Part shown: one piece after another, positions 9,680 through 19,512 of the stretch
Numbering within the stretch: the stretch's first letter is position 1
Layout: every line of letters begins with the position of its first letter
Source: Leptonemataceae bacterium
GTDB taxonomy: Bacteria; Spirochaetota; Leptospiria; Leptospirales; Leptonemataceae
Assembly (NCBI GenBank): GCA_965227295.1
Contig: OZ245742.1
Coordinates: forward strand, 4,160,001 to 4,224,000
DNA length: 64,000 bases
Direction of reading: 5' to 3'
Notes under the pieces: model-generated
What the model was told of the DNA's origin: nothing
The model's database searches: none
The model's input: only the letters and a program-made list of their open reading frames with translations
Position numbers and translations under genes: made by a program

Positions 9680-10048
9680 TCAGCGCCCCGCCGGTCGCCG
9701 AAATTCCTCGGTGAACAGGGACGGCCGCTTTTCGCCGGGAGGAAGGGCATCGCTCACGGGATCGTAGAATCGCGGCGCCCGGGACAATCGCCGGGGAACG
9801 GTCATGTACCGCGTGGAAAGATCGCCGAACTCGCGGTAAAAGAGGCGGTCGACAAACATAAGCAGGCCGAAGAAGCCGTGGTCCCGGACGGCGTGACCGG
9901 CGTAGGCCGCGCACGAAGGATACATGGGACAGCGCGGCCCGTCGATGTGCGTGCCGGTCTCCCGGTGCTGCTCGATGATGACATCCAGGGGCGCGGAAAT
10001 CATACTGGCACAGTTCGCCAGCGTGAGTACCGATATACTGAGTAACAT
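9680..10048 (-). CDS. YidD-like membrane protein insertion efficiency factor domain protein, probable lipoprotein
   Basis: CPMYPSCAAYA...G...DRL...DP motif; start moved to ATG 10048 (MLLSISVLTLANC). Confidence 0.65.
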   Translation of the reverse strand: MLLSISVLTLANCASMISAPLDVIIEQHRETGTHIDGPRCPMYPSCAAYAGHAVRDHGFFGLLMFVDRLFYREFGDLSTRYMTVPRRLSRAPRFYDPVSDALPPGEKRPSLFTEEFRRPAGR

Positions 10049-10099
10049 CCGCCGCACCGACGCAGCCTGCGGACGGATGCAGGATACGCAAGGCTTTTC

Positions 10100-12064
10100 A
10101 TGAGATACTGGAATCAGGAGCGAGTGGATGAGTTCATGCAGAACGTCGCCACCGGTTTTCAGTCGCGGAGCCTGGCCGATGTCGCCGTGGACCTGGGCGT
10201 GGTGCTCGCCGTCGTGATTCTGTACTTCGTGGTCTTTCGCGTGGTGCAAAACCGTTTGCGGCGCTCGCGCGAAGAACGCAGCCGCGACGCCTTTGCCGGC
10301 CAGGCCGTAAAGCTAAAGCTCACGCCGCGCGAGCGGTCCCTGCTCCACGAACTCTCCGAATTCCTGGACCGCCCCGACGAGGAACTGCATCTGCTCTTGA
10401 GCGACCGCGATCGCTTTCGCCGGACGTCGGAACTCCTGCGGGCTACGACCGACGACCCGGAACGTTACGGTCGGGACCTGCTGGCCCTGGGAGTCCGCCT
10501 GGGCTTTCATCGCCGCGACGCCGGCCACATCCTGCGATCCAGCAGCGATCTGCCCGAGGGCACCCTGCTCTTCGGAAACGATGGCGAGCCGCTGCTCCGC
10601 GTCGCCCGGGTCGAGCCCGGTCACATTTCCGCGCGCCTCATCGACGCAAATCGTTTCGAAGAATTTGCACAAGCTTCCGGCGGCGAACTGGAGTTCGTTG
10701 TGAAACGTTCGGAAGGCCTCTATTCCCTGCGCACGACCTGGCTCGGCCGTGATCCGCATCATGAAGATCGCATCATCCTCGAACACCGCCAGGACCATAA
10801 CCTGAAGCGGCGCCAGTTGCGCCGCTACGTACGCCGGGAGCTCGGCGTGCCCGTAGAATGGAACGGAATTCCCGGGCGCACGGTGGACCTCGGCGGCGGC
10901 GGCGCGCGCATCCGGCTGGACCGCAGTGCCGGTGCCGACAAAGCTGACGACGGGCGGCTGAAAATCTTCCTCGACGACGGCCACCGACGACCGGTGAGCC
11001 TGGACTGCGAGGCCCGGGTCGTCGCCGTAACTTCTGATCATATGCACTTAGAGTTCACCCGCATTCGCGAAGCCGATCGCGATCGCATCATCCGGCTCAT
11101 CTTTGGCGACATCCGTCGAGAACGCAACGAACGGAGTCGCGGCGACGGTGTCATCGCCGTGCTGTTGTTCGGCCTCGCGTGTGCGTTCATCGCCGTACCG
11201 TCGCAGTCGGCCCACGGCCAATCGCCGGAAATTCGTCGCGGTCTGAGCGGGGAAGCCCTGGGCGATTACTACTACGACCGCGAAGAGTTCGATCTCGCGC
11301 GCATCGAGTACGAACGCGGCATGCTGCGCGGCGGGGCCCGGGAAAACGAGTATCGGGCGAAGCTCGGCCTGAGCCTCATGCGTGAGCATCGTTTTCGCGA
11401 CTCCCTTCCGATCATGAACGACGGCCGGGACTTCAGTCATCTGTACTTGAGTATGTTCGCCTCGTTTCGCGCGGGCTGGGCCTTCCAGGGTTTGTCGAAG
11501 CAGGCGCTGATCCTGGATTCGAATGCCTTTTCGGAAGAGCAGAAGGACCAGGCGCGACTGCTCGGCGGCACGGTCTACCTTGAAGAGGGCGACTACGAAA
11601 AATCGCGCCGGTACTATACGCAATTGCAACGAGACTCAAACATTGAACTCGTGCGCCTGAAAGCCGGCGAACTGCTGACGGCCCTCGATGAGTACGAGTC
11701 GCTGGATCAGAAATCGCCCTGGCTCGCCGGGACTTTCTCGGCAGTGCTGCCGGGTTCGGGACAAATCTACGCCGGTCATTACGCCGACGGGGCCACCGCG
11801 TTTTTCTTCAACGCCATGTTCCTGGGTTCCGCCGTGGTGATGTACGACCTGGAGAATCGCGCGGGCAGCGGTCACGTCGCCTCGGGCATCTTCGGCGTGG
11901 TGGGCCTCATGTTTTATCTGGCCAACGTCGGTGGTGCCTACCAGACCGCGGTCCGCTATAATGTGTATCAGGAACGCAAGTTTCACGAGGACATTCGGGA
12001 CTCGTTTTTTCATCTGGACTATATCCAGAAAACCAGTGGAGTGTCCTTTCAGACGAACTTTTAG
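10100..12064 (+). CDS. Membrane protein: PilZ-like domain fused to TPR region and C-terminal TM segments
   Basis: RRQLRRYVR and TVDLGGGGARI (PilZ-like motifs), internal hydrophobic segment, TPR-like helices, KSPWLAGTFSAVLPGSGQIYAG. Confidence 0.65.
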   Translation: MRYWNQERVDEFMQNVATGFQSRSLADVAVDLGVVLAVVILYFVVFRVVQNRLRRSREERSRDAFAGQAVKLKLTPRERSLLHELSEFLDRPDEELHLLLSDRDRFRRTSELLRATTDDPERYGRDLLALGVRLGFHRRDAGHILRSSSDLPEGTLLFGNDGEPLLRVARVEPGHISARLIDANRFEEFAQASGGELEFVVKRSEGLYSLRTTWLGRDPHHEDRIILEHRQDHNLKRRQLRRYVRRELGVPVEWNGIPGRTVDLGGGGARIRLDRSAGADKADDGRLKIFLDDGHRRPVSLDCEARVVAVTSDHMHLEFTRIREADRDRIIRLIFGDIRRERNERSRGDGVIAVLLFGLACAFIAVPSQSAHGQSPEIRRGLSGEALGDYYYDREEFDLARIEYERGMLRGGARENEYRAKLGLSLMREHRFRDSLPIMNDGRDFSHLYLSMFASFRAGWAFQGLSKQALILDSNAFSEEQKDQARLLGGTVYLEEGDYEKSRRYYTQLQRDSNIELVRLKAGELLTALDEYESLDQKSPWLAGTFSAVLPGSGQIYAGHYADGATAFFFNAMFLGSAVVMYDLENRAGSGHVASGIFGVVGLMFYLANVGGAYQTAVRYNVYQERKFHEDIRDSFFHLDYIQKTSGVSFQTNF

Positions 12065-12077
12065 TGATCTGTGGAGT

Positions 12078-12746
12078 ATGATGATGAACGACCTGGATGT
12101 ACGTGAAATGATTGCGGAGATGTGCCGGAACTTTTATCGCCTGGGCTGGGTCAGCGGCACCGGCGGCGGCATTTCCATTCGGCGCGGAGAACGCGTTTTC
12201 ATGGCGCCCAGCGGCGTCGAGAAAGAGAAGATCCGCCCCGAGGACGTCTTCGTTCTGGATCGTCAGGCCAACGTCCTCGAAACTGCCGCCAATCCGAAGT
12301 TAAAGGTCAGCGAGTGCGCCCCGCTCTTCAACAGCGCCTACGATCTGCGGGACGCCGGCGCCGTCATTCATTCGCACTCCGTGAACGTGGTCCTCGCCAC
12401 CATGCTGGCCGAGCGGCAGCATAGCTTCATCTCCACCCTGGAGTTCACGCAGTTGGAAATGCTGAAGGGCATCGCCGGCCACGGTTTTTACGATACCTTC
12501 GTCCTGCCGGTCATCGACAATACGCCCCACGAATGCGACCTCACCGATTCGCTGCGCGCGGCCATCGAAGAGTTTCCGAAAACGCCGGCGGTGGCCGTAC
12601 GCAATCACGGCATCTACGTCTGGGGTCGCGACGAGGTCCAGGCCAAGACCCAGGCGGAGTGCATCGATTACATCTGCGAAGTCATGGTAAAGATGCGCGG
12701 CCTGGGCGTCGCCGATCATCGCCAGTCCGTACCGGCCGGCGTCTGA
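12078..12746 (+). CDS. mtnB: Methylthioribulose-1-phosphate dehydratase
   Basis: FYRLGWVSGTGGGIS, APSGVEKE, SECAPLF, AGAVIHSHS, VRNHGIYVWG; start moved to 12078. Confidence 0.9.
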   Translation: MMMNDLDVREMIAEMCRNFYRLGWVSGTGGGISIRRGERVFMAPSGVEKEKIRPEDVFVLDRQANVLETAANPKLKVSECAPLFNSAYDLRDAGAVIHSHSVNVVLATMLAERQHSFISTLEFTQLEMLKGIAGHGFYDTFVLPVIDNTPHECDLTDSLRAAIEEFPKTPAVAVRNHGIYVWGRDEVQAKTQAECIDYICEVMVKMRGLGVADHRQSVPAGV

Positions 12747-12758
12747 ACGAGGCGTTGC

Positions 12759-13268
12759 ATGCCGGGGGACCGGGATCATAACGCGGACGAAGAGCGCTGG
12801 CTGGACATCTCCCGGCCGGCAAAGCCACGGCAAACGGATGCGTCGCCGCCGGCCTCCACCCCGCAGTCCGAAACGGTCGTCCGCAATCCGTACGCGAGTG
12901 CGACGCCGGCTCCCGCGGCTTCCGGTTCTGTAGGCCCGCGGGACGCGCGGGTGAATCAACTCGCGATTGTCTACATTGTGATGCAGATCATCGGTTCGGC
13001 TCTGGCCGGTTTGATTCTCTACGTCGGCATGATCAACGAGAACGCGTCCACGTCGGAGTTCGTGGCGATCGGCATTGTCGGCGGCCTGCTGCAATTACCC
13101 GGTATCGCCGGCATCGTCGGTCTCATGCGTCGCCGCGTCTGGGCTCGTTACTTTATGATTGTCTGGGGTGTCCTGTGGATGGCCGGTTTTATGCCGATCG
13201 GCCTTTTGATCGGCGGCTATACGATCTGGTTGTTGACGCGACCGGAGATTGCGGCGGAGTTTTCGTAA
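12759..13268 (+). CDS. Hypothetical membrane protein
   Basis: Pro/Ala-rich N-terminus followed by hydrophobic helices; follows mtnB closely. Confidence 0.6.
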   Translation: MPGDRDHNADEERWLDISRPAKPRQTDASPPASTPQSETVVRNPYASATPAPAASGSVGPRDARVNQLAIVYIVMQIIGSALAGLILYVGMINENASTSEFVAIGIVGGLLQLPGIAGIVGLMRRRVWARYFMIVWGVLWMAGFMPIGLLIGGYTIWLLTRPEIAAEFS

Positions 13269-13288
13269 CGGTTCTGTGGTAGATTGCA

Positions 13289-13312
13289 GCGTTTTACCGC
13301 AGAGGCGCAAAG
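13289..13312. repeat. Short REP-like intergenic motif, copy 2
   Basis: GCGTTTTACCGCAGAGGCGC matches the motif starting at 6884. Confidence 0.5.
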
Positions 13313-13403
13313 ATTCTGCTGTGGTATCGTTCGTTCATCAGTTTGAGCGCCGACGATCCGGTCCGGGATGCGAGTGTGTTCTCGAAAAATCGCGACCACC
13401 GCC

Positions 13404-13484
13404 GCATGATCGCCAATACTAACTTGCGAAAGGTAAGCGTTAGGGCTGCGCAGGGTGCCGCGCAGCGGCAGTCCGGAGCGCGAA
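13404..13484. repeat. Dispersed intergenic repeat (GCGTTAG family), copy A
   Basis: 81-bp ungapped, highly similar match to 48332-48412. Confidence 0.8.
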
Positions 13485-13543
13485 ATCCGTTTGGAGTGCC
13501 GCTCTATGCATATGCGGGCTCGATATGATCATTTTCTCAACGA

Positions 13544-14689
13544 TCACTCCCCATCCGCCGCATAAATCTTCTCAATCTTTCGCGCGATGCCGCTGACCAC
13601 GCGCTCTTCCAGTTCGTCTCGCGGCACCCAGGCCCATTCGCACTGCTCGCCCGCCGCCGCGCTTAACTTCCGCAAAGCCGTTAGTACCGGTCCTGGCGCC
13701 GTGTCGATCACACCATCCCACACCCGGCCCTCTATGCGATGATGGGTGATCGTATGTTTGAATCCCTTCGATAACGCGCGCAATTCCCGCAACTCCACTA
13801 TCTCCGCAAACGGTCGACCCCGCCCGCGCAATCCCACGGCCGCCGAAGGTTCGAAGTACACCCCGTCGCCGCCGAACCGGTACGGAAAGAACCACAGGTT
13901 CCGGAAAAAACGCGACTCCGGTTCGCGCAGAATCAACAACCGTTCGCGCTTGCGATCGTGCATGAGATAGACGTCCAGAAGCAGGTCCACCACTTCGGCC
14001 TTAACTTTCTTTCGTGGAATCTTAGCGGCCAGCTCCGGCCCGCCGCGCGCGAACGTCACACACGTCTCCCGCAGCGGACACGCGTCGCAGTTCGGCCGCC
14101 CGGGAATGCAGACCGTCGCGCCGAGTTCCATCATGGCCTGGTTGTGATCGCCGGGTGAAGCCTCGCCGCGCCGGTCCATGGCCTGCCGGGCCAGTTCACG
14201 CAGTTCTTTTTCCCCGGCCTCCGGCAGATGCAACAACCGTGAGAGGACGCGCTTTACGTTGCCGTCGAAGGCCGCATGGGGTTCATCGTAGGCGATACTC
14301 AGCACCGCCGCCGCCGTGTACGGGCCCACGCCCTTGAGTCTTAACGCCGATGCGAGGTCCCGCGGGAAGACACCGTCGTGTTCGTGCATGACCTGCTGCG
14401 CGCCCAGACGCAGATTGCGCGCGCGACTGTAGTACCCCAACCCACGCCAGGCCGCGAGCACGTCCTCTTCTTTCGATGCGGCCAGGCTCGGTAGATCGGG
14501 AAAGCGCGCGGTGAATTCCTCGTAGCGCGGTAACATCGCCGCAACGCGAGTTTGTTGCAGCATGACCTCGGACACCCAGATCGCATACGGATCTTTCGTG
14601 CGACGGAACGGTAGATCGCGATGGTGTTTACGATACCAGGACAGCAGCGGGGCCAGGGATGATTCACTCAGCGTGTTTCGCGCGGGCAT
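13544..14689 (-). CDS. mutY: A/G-specific adenine glycosylase MutY
   Basis: WVSEVMLQQT, WRGLGYYSRARNL, GVGPYTA, DGNVKRVLSR, CxxxxxxCxxCxxxxxC FeS motif. Confidence 0.95.
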   Translation of the reverse strand: MPARNTLSESSLAPLLSWYRKHHRDLPFRRTKDPYAIWVSEVMLQQTRVAAMLPRYEEFTARFPDLPSLAASKEEDVLAAWRGLGYYSRARNLRLGAQQVMHEHDGVFPRDLASALRLKGVGPYTAAAVLSIAYDEPHAAFDGNVKRVLSRLLHLPEAGEKELRELARQAMDRRGEASPGDHNQAMMELGATVCIPGRPNCDACPLRETCVTFARGGPELAAKIPRKKVKAEVVDLLLDVYLMHDRKRERLLILREPESRFFRNLWFFPYRFGGDGVYFEPSAAVGLRGRGRPFAEIVELRELRALSKGFKHTITHHRIEGRVWDGVIDTAPGPVLTALRKLSAAAGEQCEWAWVPRDELEERVVSGIARKIEKIYAADGE

Positions 14690-15650
14690 ATTCGATGTTA
14701 CGTTTCCATTGTTCCAGTTTCACGCGACGAAAGGCACTCCCGCGGCTCAGGGCTTCCCACTCGTCCGCATGGTTCAACTCAGCGTCTCGCATGAGTCGCG
14801 CGGTCTCTGCGCGCAGTACGAAGGCCCGCTCCTGCGTCTGCAAATCCCGCGCGCGGCGATTGCGATTGTACGGGCACACCTCCTGGCAGATGTCGCAGCC
14901 GAAGGCCCAGTTCTCGAAGTCCGGCGAACGAGCGGCGTTTTCCGGGCCGAGGTGTTCGTCTTCGCCGGGCGATCCCGTCGCGCTCTCGATCGTAACATAC
15001 GAAATACAACGCCGGGCATCCATTCGATACGGTGTGAGCGCGTCGGTAGGACACGCATCGATGCACAGCGTGCAGCTTCCGCAAAGATCGTTTACAGGTA
15101 CGCCCGGGCTGCATCTCCGGTTCAGTAAGAGTACGCTCAGGAAAAAATAAGAACCGAGCTCCGGATGAATCAAATTCGTGTGTTTGCCCTGCCAGCCCAG
15201 ACCGGCCTCCCGGGCGAGTACTTTCTCCGGCACCGGTGCCGAATCCACCACGATGCGTCCGTCGAGGTCCCCGTCCAGTTCCTGAAGGGCGGCGAGCAGG
15301 CGCGTACCTTTCTTGCGCAGAACTTTATGATAGTCGCGTCCGCCGGCGTAGCGCGCTAACTTAACTTTTGCGGAACTCAGCGCGCGTTCGTGTTCCTGAT
15401 CCCGATAGTAGACGGCAAGGACCAATGCCGTGGCGGCCCCGGGAAAAAGCTGCGCCGGGTCCTCCCGCAAATGCAGATGGCGTTCAAACCAGGTCATACT
15501 GCCGTGCCGGCCCGCGTCTACAAAAGCGCGCAGGTTCTCGCGATCTCCGTCGGGAATGCGCAGGGACGCGAAGCCGGCCAGGTCGTAGCCGTGTTCCAGC
15601 GCGACGCGTCGCGCCGCATCTTCGAAGGGTTCCGGCGTCATACAATGCAA
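14664..15650 (-). CDS. queG: Epoxyqueuosine reductase
   Basis: ARYAGGRDYH, VDSAPVPEK, AGLGWQGK, CGSCTLCIDACPT, CISYVTIE, GCDICQEVCPYN. Confidence 0.93.
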   Translation of the reverse strand: MHCMTPEPFEDAARRVALEHGYDLAGFASLRIPDGDRENLRAFVDAGRHGSMTWFERHLHLREDPAQLFPGAATALVLAVYYRDQEHERALSSAKVKLARYAGGRDYHKVLRKKGTRLLAALQELDGDLDGRIVVDSAPVPEKVLAREAGLGWQGKHTNLIHPELGSYFFLSVLLLNRRCSPGVPVNDLCGSCTLCIDACPTDALTPYRMDARRCISYVTIESATGSPGEDEHLGPENAARSPDFENWAFGCDICQEVCPYNRNRRARDLQTQERAFVLRAETARLMRDAELNHADEWEALSRGSAFRRVKLEQWKRNIEYARAKHAE

Positions 15651-15667
15651 GCGGGTGTGAAAAAGGA

Positions 15668-16276
15668 TCAGGCGTTAGCCGGAGTCGGGTGCTCTTCGGC
15701 GAAGCGTGCGAGTTGCCGGCGCACCTCGTCCGGAATGGTAATGAACTGCACGCCGGTTTCGTAAAGTTTGCGCCCGTCTTCCATGGAACGACACCACTTC
15801 ACGGTTCCCTGACAGCTCACGCGAATGCCCGGCTCGCTGAGATAAAAATCCAGGCTGATCAACTCGCCGCGCGCCAGGTCACGATACGCCAGCATGCGCA
15901 TGCCGTCTTCGCTGATGTCGAGCAACTCCGCCTGGAAGCGCCCGACCTCGGTCCACAGCGTATAGTGCATGGGCGTGTGGATGTCAGTGCGGACGGTGCG
16001 GCGCACCCGACGACGTTCGAAGCTTGCGGGCTTGTCCAGGAAAACCTCACCGCGCGCGCCGATGCGATTGACGACGGTAACCGCTTCGAAGGCGAACCGA
16101 TCGAGGACGAACTCCAGCACGACGCGTCGCCCGGGCTCGAAATTTTCCTGGGCGGTGTCGGAGGTCTCGAACCGCAGGAAGCGGCTGTCAATGTCGCTCA
16201 GCCGTACGGTAAAGCGCGGCTCCCCCGGCAGATCCTGGAGCGTCAGGTTCGCAAAGAAGTCACCGGGTTCGGGCAT
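15668..16276 (-). CDS. PilZ-domain (YcgR-like) c-di-GMP-binding protein
   Basis: RRRVRRTVR and LLDISEDGM motifs, GTVKW, TGVQF. Confidence 0.8.
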   Translation of the reverse strand: MPEPGDFFANLTLQDLPGEPRFTVRLSDIDSRFLRFETSDTAQENFEPGRRVVLEFVLDRFAFEAVTVVNRIGARGEVFLDKPASFERRRVRRTVRTDIHTPMHYTLWTEVGRFQAELLDISEDGMRMLAYRDLARGELISLDFYLSEPGIRVSCQGTVKWCRSMEDGRKLYETGVQFITIPDEVRRQLARFAEEHPTPANA

Positions 16277-16407
16277 AACGAAAGCAGGCTGGAAAAGGCG
16301 AATATCGACAAGAAAATTTCCGCGACGCGCAGGAAAAGACCGACACCCGACCGGCGACGACGGTGCAGGTAGTATCAGCGATATTATTGATATGCCTACC
16401 TGTTGCG

Positions 16408-17475
16408 CTACGAAGGATTCATGGCCGGAAGCTCCGCGGCGATCTCAAGCAAGCGCGATTGGTACCGCGTAAGCCCGGCCGGCCGCGCGGCCGGGTGTCG
16501 CGCCAGGTATTGAAAATCGGAGCGGTTCGGGTAAAACTGGCGGCGGCGCGTGAAGCCTTCCGGGCGCTGCCGGAGCAACTCATCTTCCAACGGCTGGAAG
16601 GTCAACGCATCGAGCTCGTACTCCGGCTCCGGCAAATCGGGAACCAGGTTCGGGTCCGCGCCCAACCAACGACAGAAATTCCGCGCCAGGACGACACTGC
16701 CTCCGGCCCGGGCGCTGTAGTGGTAACCGGCGACGTGGGGCGTGACGAGGCGTGGGCCTTCCAGCCAGGCCGGCGGCGGCGGCTCCTCCGGAAAGACGTC
16801 CATAACGCATTTGCGACGTGCGCAACAAAATTCGTAAGCTTCCGCTGAGAAGATCTTACCGCGGGCCGTGTTAATGACGGCGGTGTGAGCGGGGACGTTC
16901 GCCAGGTATGCTTCATCCACCATGCGCAGCGTAGCATGCGGGTCGATTTTCGTGAGCGGGACGTGAAAGCTGATCACGTCCGCGCCGGCCGCGGCGGCAC
17001 TCGCGTCTGCGGCCCCGCCGGGAACGTACGGGTCATAGTAACGATAGCGCACTCCCAGTGCTTCGAGGTACGCGCTCAGTCGCCGGCCGATGCGACCGTA
17101 GCCGATGATCGCCATACACCAGTCGCTCTCATGGAGTCGTTCAGGCTTCAGCAACACCGGTAAAGCCGCGAGAACATACTGGGCCACCGAGTCGGCATTC
17201 ATTCCGGGCGTGTGCAGAAACGGAACACCGCAGCCTGCCAGGGCCTCAAGGTCCACGTGATCCGTACCGGTGGACACCGAAGCGAAGGCACCGATGCGGC
17301 CGTTCAGATCGCCGAAGACGTCCGCACGAATGGGAACGGAGGTGGGCAGAACCAGAAGCGCCGGTTCCCGGCTCAGCCAGGCGGCGGCCTGCTCGCGCAA
17401 CGCTTCACCGGAACGTGCGGCGAGATCATAGCTTTCGTAACGCAGGCCGAGACGTCGGCACAGCGGTTCCCACAC
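16408..17475 (-). CDS. pdxB: Erythronate-4-phosphate dehydrogenase (D-2-hydroxyacid dehydrogenase family); true start may lie upstream
   Basis: STGTDHVD, PGMNADSVAQYV, GYGRIG, SFHVPLT, INTARG, TPHVAGY. Confidence 0.75.
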   Translation of the reverse strand: MWEPLCRRLGLRYESYDLAARSGEALREQAAAWLSREPALLVLPTSVPIRADVFGDLNGRIGAFASVSTGTDHVDLEALAGCGVPFLHTPGMNADSVAQYVLAALPVLLKPERLHESDWCMAIIGYGRIGRRLSAYLEALGVRYRYYDPYVPGGAADASAAAAGADVISFHVPLTKIDPHATLRMVDEAYLANVPAHTAVINTARGKIFSAEAYEFCCARRKCVMDVFPEEPPPPAWLEGPRLVTPHVAGYHYSARAGGSVVLARNFCRWLGADPNLVPDLPEPEYELDALTFQPLEDELLRQRPEGFTRRRQFYPNRSDFQYLARHPAARPAGLTRYQSRLLEIAAELPAMNPS

Positions 17476-17667
17476 GTCGAGGGCGGCGGGCAGACCGGCA
17501 GGCAGTAAGATGGGACGGCCGGAACCGCTGAGCTGCGACGGAGAGAGGGCTTCGATCTGAAAGGCGCGTCCGGTACTCAGAGCCGCAGCGAAGCGCAGGC
17601 GGATGACGATGACAACCGGTTTTTCGCGATTGCGTTTTCAGTCCGGGCTGCGAAACGTACCGTCTAC

Positions 17668-19512
17668 ATGACACATCGCTCCCGCCACGAACGCGGCCAG
17701 GCCCGATTGCGTCTCCGGCTCGAACGACTGAACCGGCGACTGACCCTGCTCTCCACGCTCCGCTTGCTTGCCTTTGCAGCCACCTTCGTGATTCCAGGCG
17801 TGCTCTTGTATGCCGGCAACATCCTGGCGCCGACCTGGTCCGTGCTCACCGGCCTGCCCGGCCTGGTTGGTTTTGCAATCTCGCTCTACTTCTACGGCCG
17901 CGTGCGGCGTGAACGCGAACTCGCGCTTGGACAAATTGACCTGTACGCCGGCGATGCCACGCGCTGCGAGAACGACTGGTGGGAACAACTGCCTCCAGCT
18001 CCGCCGCCCGAGGATCTCGACCGGGAACACGCCTACGCGGACGACCTGAATCTCTTCGGTCGCTTCTCCATCTTCCAGTTTCTGGATCGCACCACGACCC
18101 CCGGCGGTCGCCGACGTCTGTCCAATCTCCTCACCGGCCAGCCGGACGCGAGCGCTCTGGATCCCGCGGCCTGGCAGGAACGCGGGGCGGCCGTGCGCGA
18201 ACTCTGTGATCGGCGGCTGTTTCGGTTTCGCTTTCGTCGCCGCGGTCGTTCCATCGCCGCGATGCCGGGCTTCCACAAACTCTTTGACCTGGCCTGGATC
18301 GAACACATCCGCAATCTGCCCGACGCTCCGGCAGGCCTGGTCTCGCTCTGGGCCGCGCGCATCTTACCGCCGTTGACCCTGGCCGCGTACATCGGCCACG
18401 AGATGCACTGGAGCCCGGCCTATCATTATCTCACACTCCCTGTCCAAATTTTACTGTTCATCTGGATGCACTATCGCCATCGCAAAACGGCGCAGGCCCA
18501 CGGGCCGGTGGCGGACCAACTGGCCGGCTTCGATCGTTTGTTCGCGTCCACGGCCGGCTTTCGTATGATTGCGCCGTACCTCCGGGCCCTGAGCGTTTTC
18601 GAAGAACGGCCGGCGCGGGAAATCCGTCGCCTGGCGAGTCTCGCGGGTTACTTCGACTTTCGCCGCAATCCCCTGCTGCACGGACTCGCCGGCATCTTTT
18701 TGTTGTACGAGGGCCATGTGGTCCACGCCCTGGCGCAGTGGCAAAAACGTTGCCGCCACGACTTCGCCGGCTGGTTCGAGGACCTGGCGGACCTCGACGC
18801 CCTGGCCGCCTTGAGCGCGCTCCGGGATACCGACGCCTCGCTCTGCTTTCCGGAAAACCTGGCGAACGACGGCGACGCCGATCTGCTCATCGAAGCGAAA
18901 GACCTGGCGCATCCGCTGCTGCCGGGCAATGAACGCGTGGCGAACGACTTCGCGTTACGGCGGGATCGTAAGATCTGGCTGATTACGGGGTCGAACATGT
19001 CCGGCAAGTCGACGTTTCTCCGCACCGTGGGCACGGCGCTCGTGCTGGCCCTGGCCGGCGCTCCCGTGTGCGCGCGGGAGTTTCGCTTTCGGCCGCTGCG
19101 GCTCATGACCTCCATGAACCAGCGCGACGATCTCGCCCGCTCGCTCTCGTTGTTTTATGCCGAAGTGAAACGCATCAAGAAAGTTCAGGATGCTTCGCTG
19201 CTTACGGGCCCGCCGTCGTTCCTGCTGGTCGACGAGATGCTGCGGGGTACGAACGCCCGGGAACGCTTTCTTGCATCGCGGGGTATCCTGGAACACTTGC
19301 GCAAGAGTCCCGCGGCGGCCATGATCGCCACCCACGACCTGGACCTGGTGGAACAGATCGAAGGCGAAACCGGGAACAGTGACACGGCCAGCTATCACTT
19401 CGAAGAAATCGTCACCGACAGCGGGATGAGTTTCGACTATACCCTGAAAGACGGACCGGTTCGCAGTTCCAACGCGTTGAAGATCCTGGAAATGGAAGGC
19501 ATCCAACTGTGA
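17668..19512 (+). CDS. Membrane-anchored MutS-related ATPase (MutS domain V only)
   Basis: N-terminal TMs, HAYADDLNLFG, ITGSNMSGKSTFLR, SLFYAEVKR, DEMLRGTN, ATHD. Confidence 0.85.
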   Translation: MTHRSRHERGQARLRLRLERLNRRLTLLSTLRLLAFAATFVIPGVLLYAGNILAPTWSVLTGLPGLVGFAISLYFYGRVRRERELALGQIDLYAGDATRCENDWWEQLPPAPPPEDLDREHAYADDLNLFGRFSIFQFLDRTTTPGGRRRLSNLLTGQPDASALDPAAWQERGAAVRELCDRRLFRFRFRRRGRSIAAMPGFHKLFDLAWIEHIRNLPDAPAGLVSLWAARILPPLTLAAYIGHEMHWSPAYHYLTLPVQILLFIWMHYRHRKTAQAHGPVADQLAGFDRLFASTAGFRMIAPYLRALSVFEERPAREIRRLASLAGYFDFRRNPLLHGLAGIFLLYEGHVVHALAQWQKRCRHDFAGWFEDLADLDALAALSALRDTDASLCFPENLANDGDADLLIEAKDLAHPLLPGNERVANDFALRRDRKIWLITGSNMSGKSTFLRTVGTALVLALAGAPVCAREFRFRPLRLMTSMNQRDDLARSLSLFYAEVKRIKKVQDASLLTGPPSFLLVDEMLRGTNARERFLASRGILEHLRKSPAAAMIATHDLDLVEQIEGETGNSDTASYHFEEIVTDSGMSFDYTLKDGPVRSSNALKILEMEGIQL

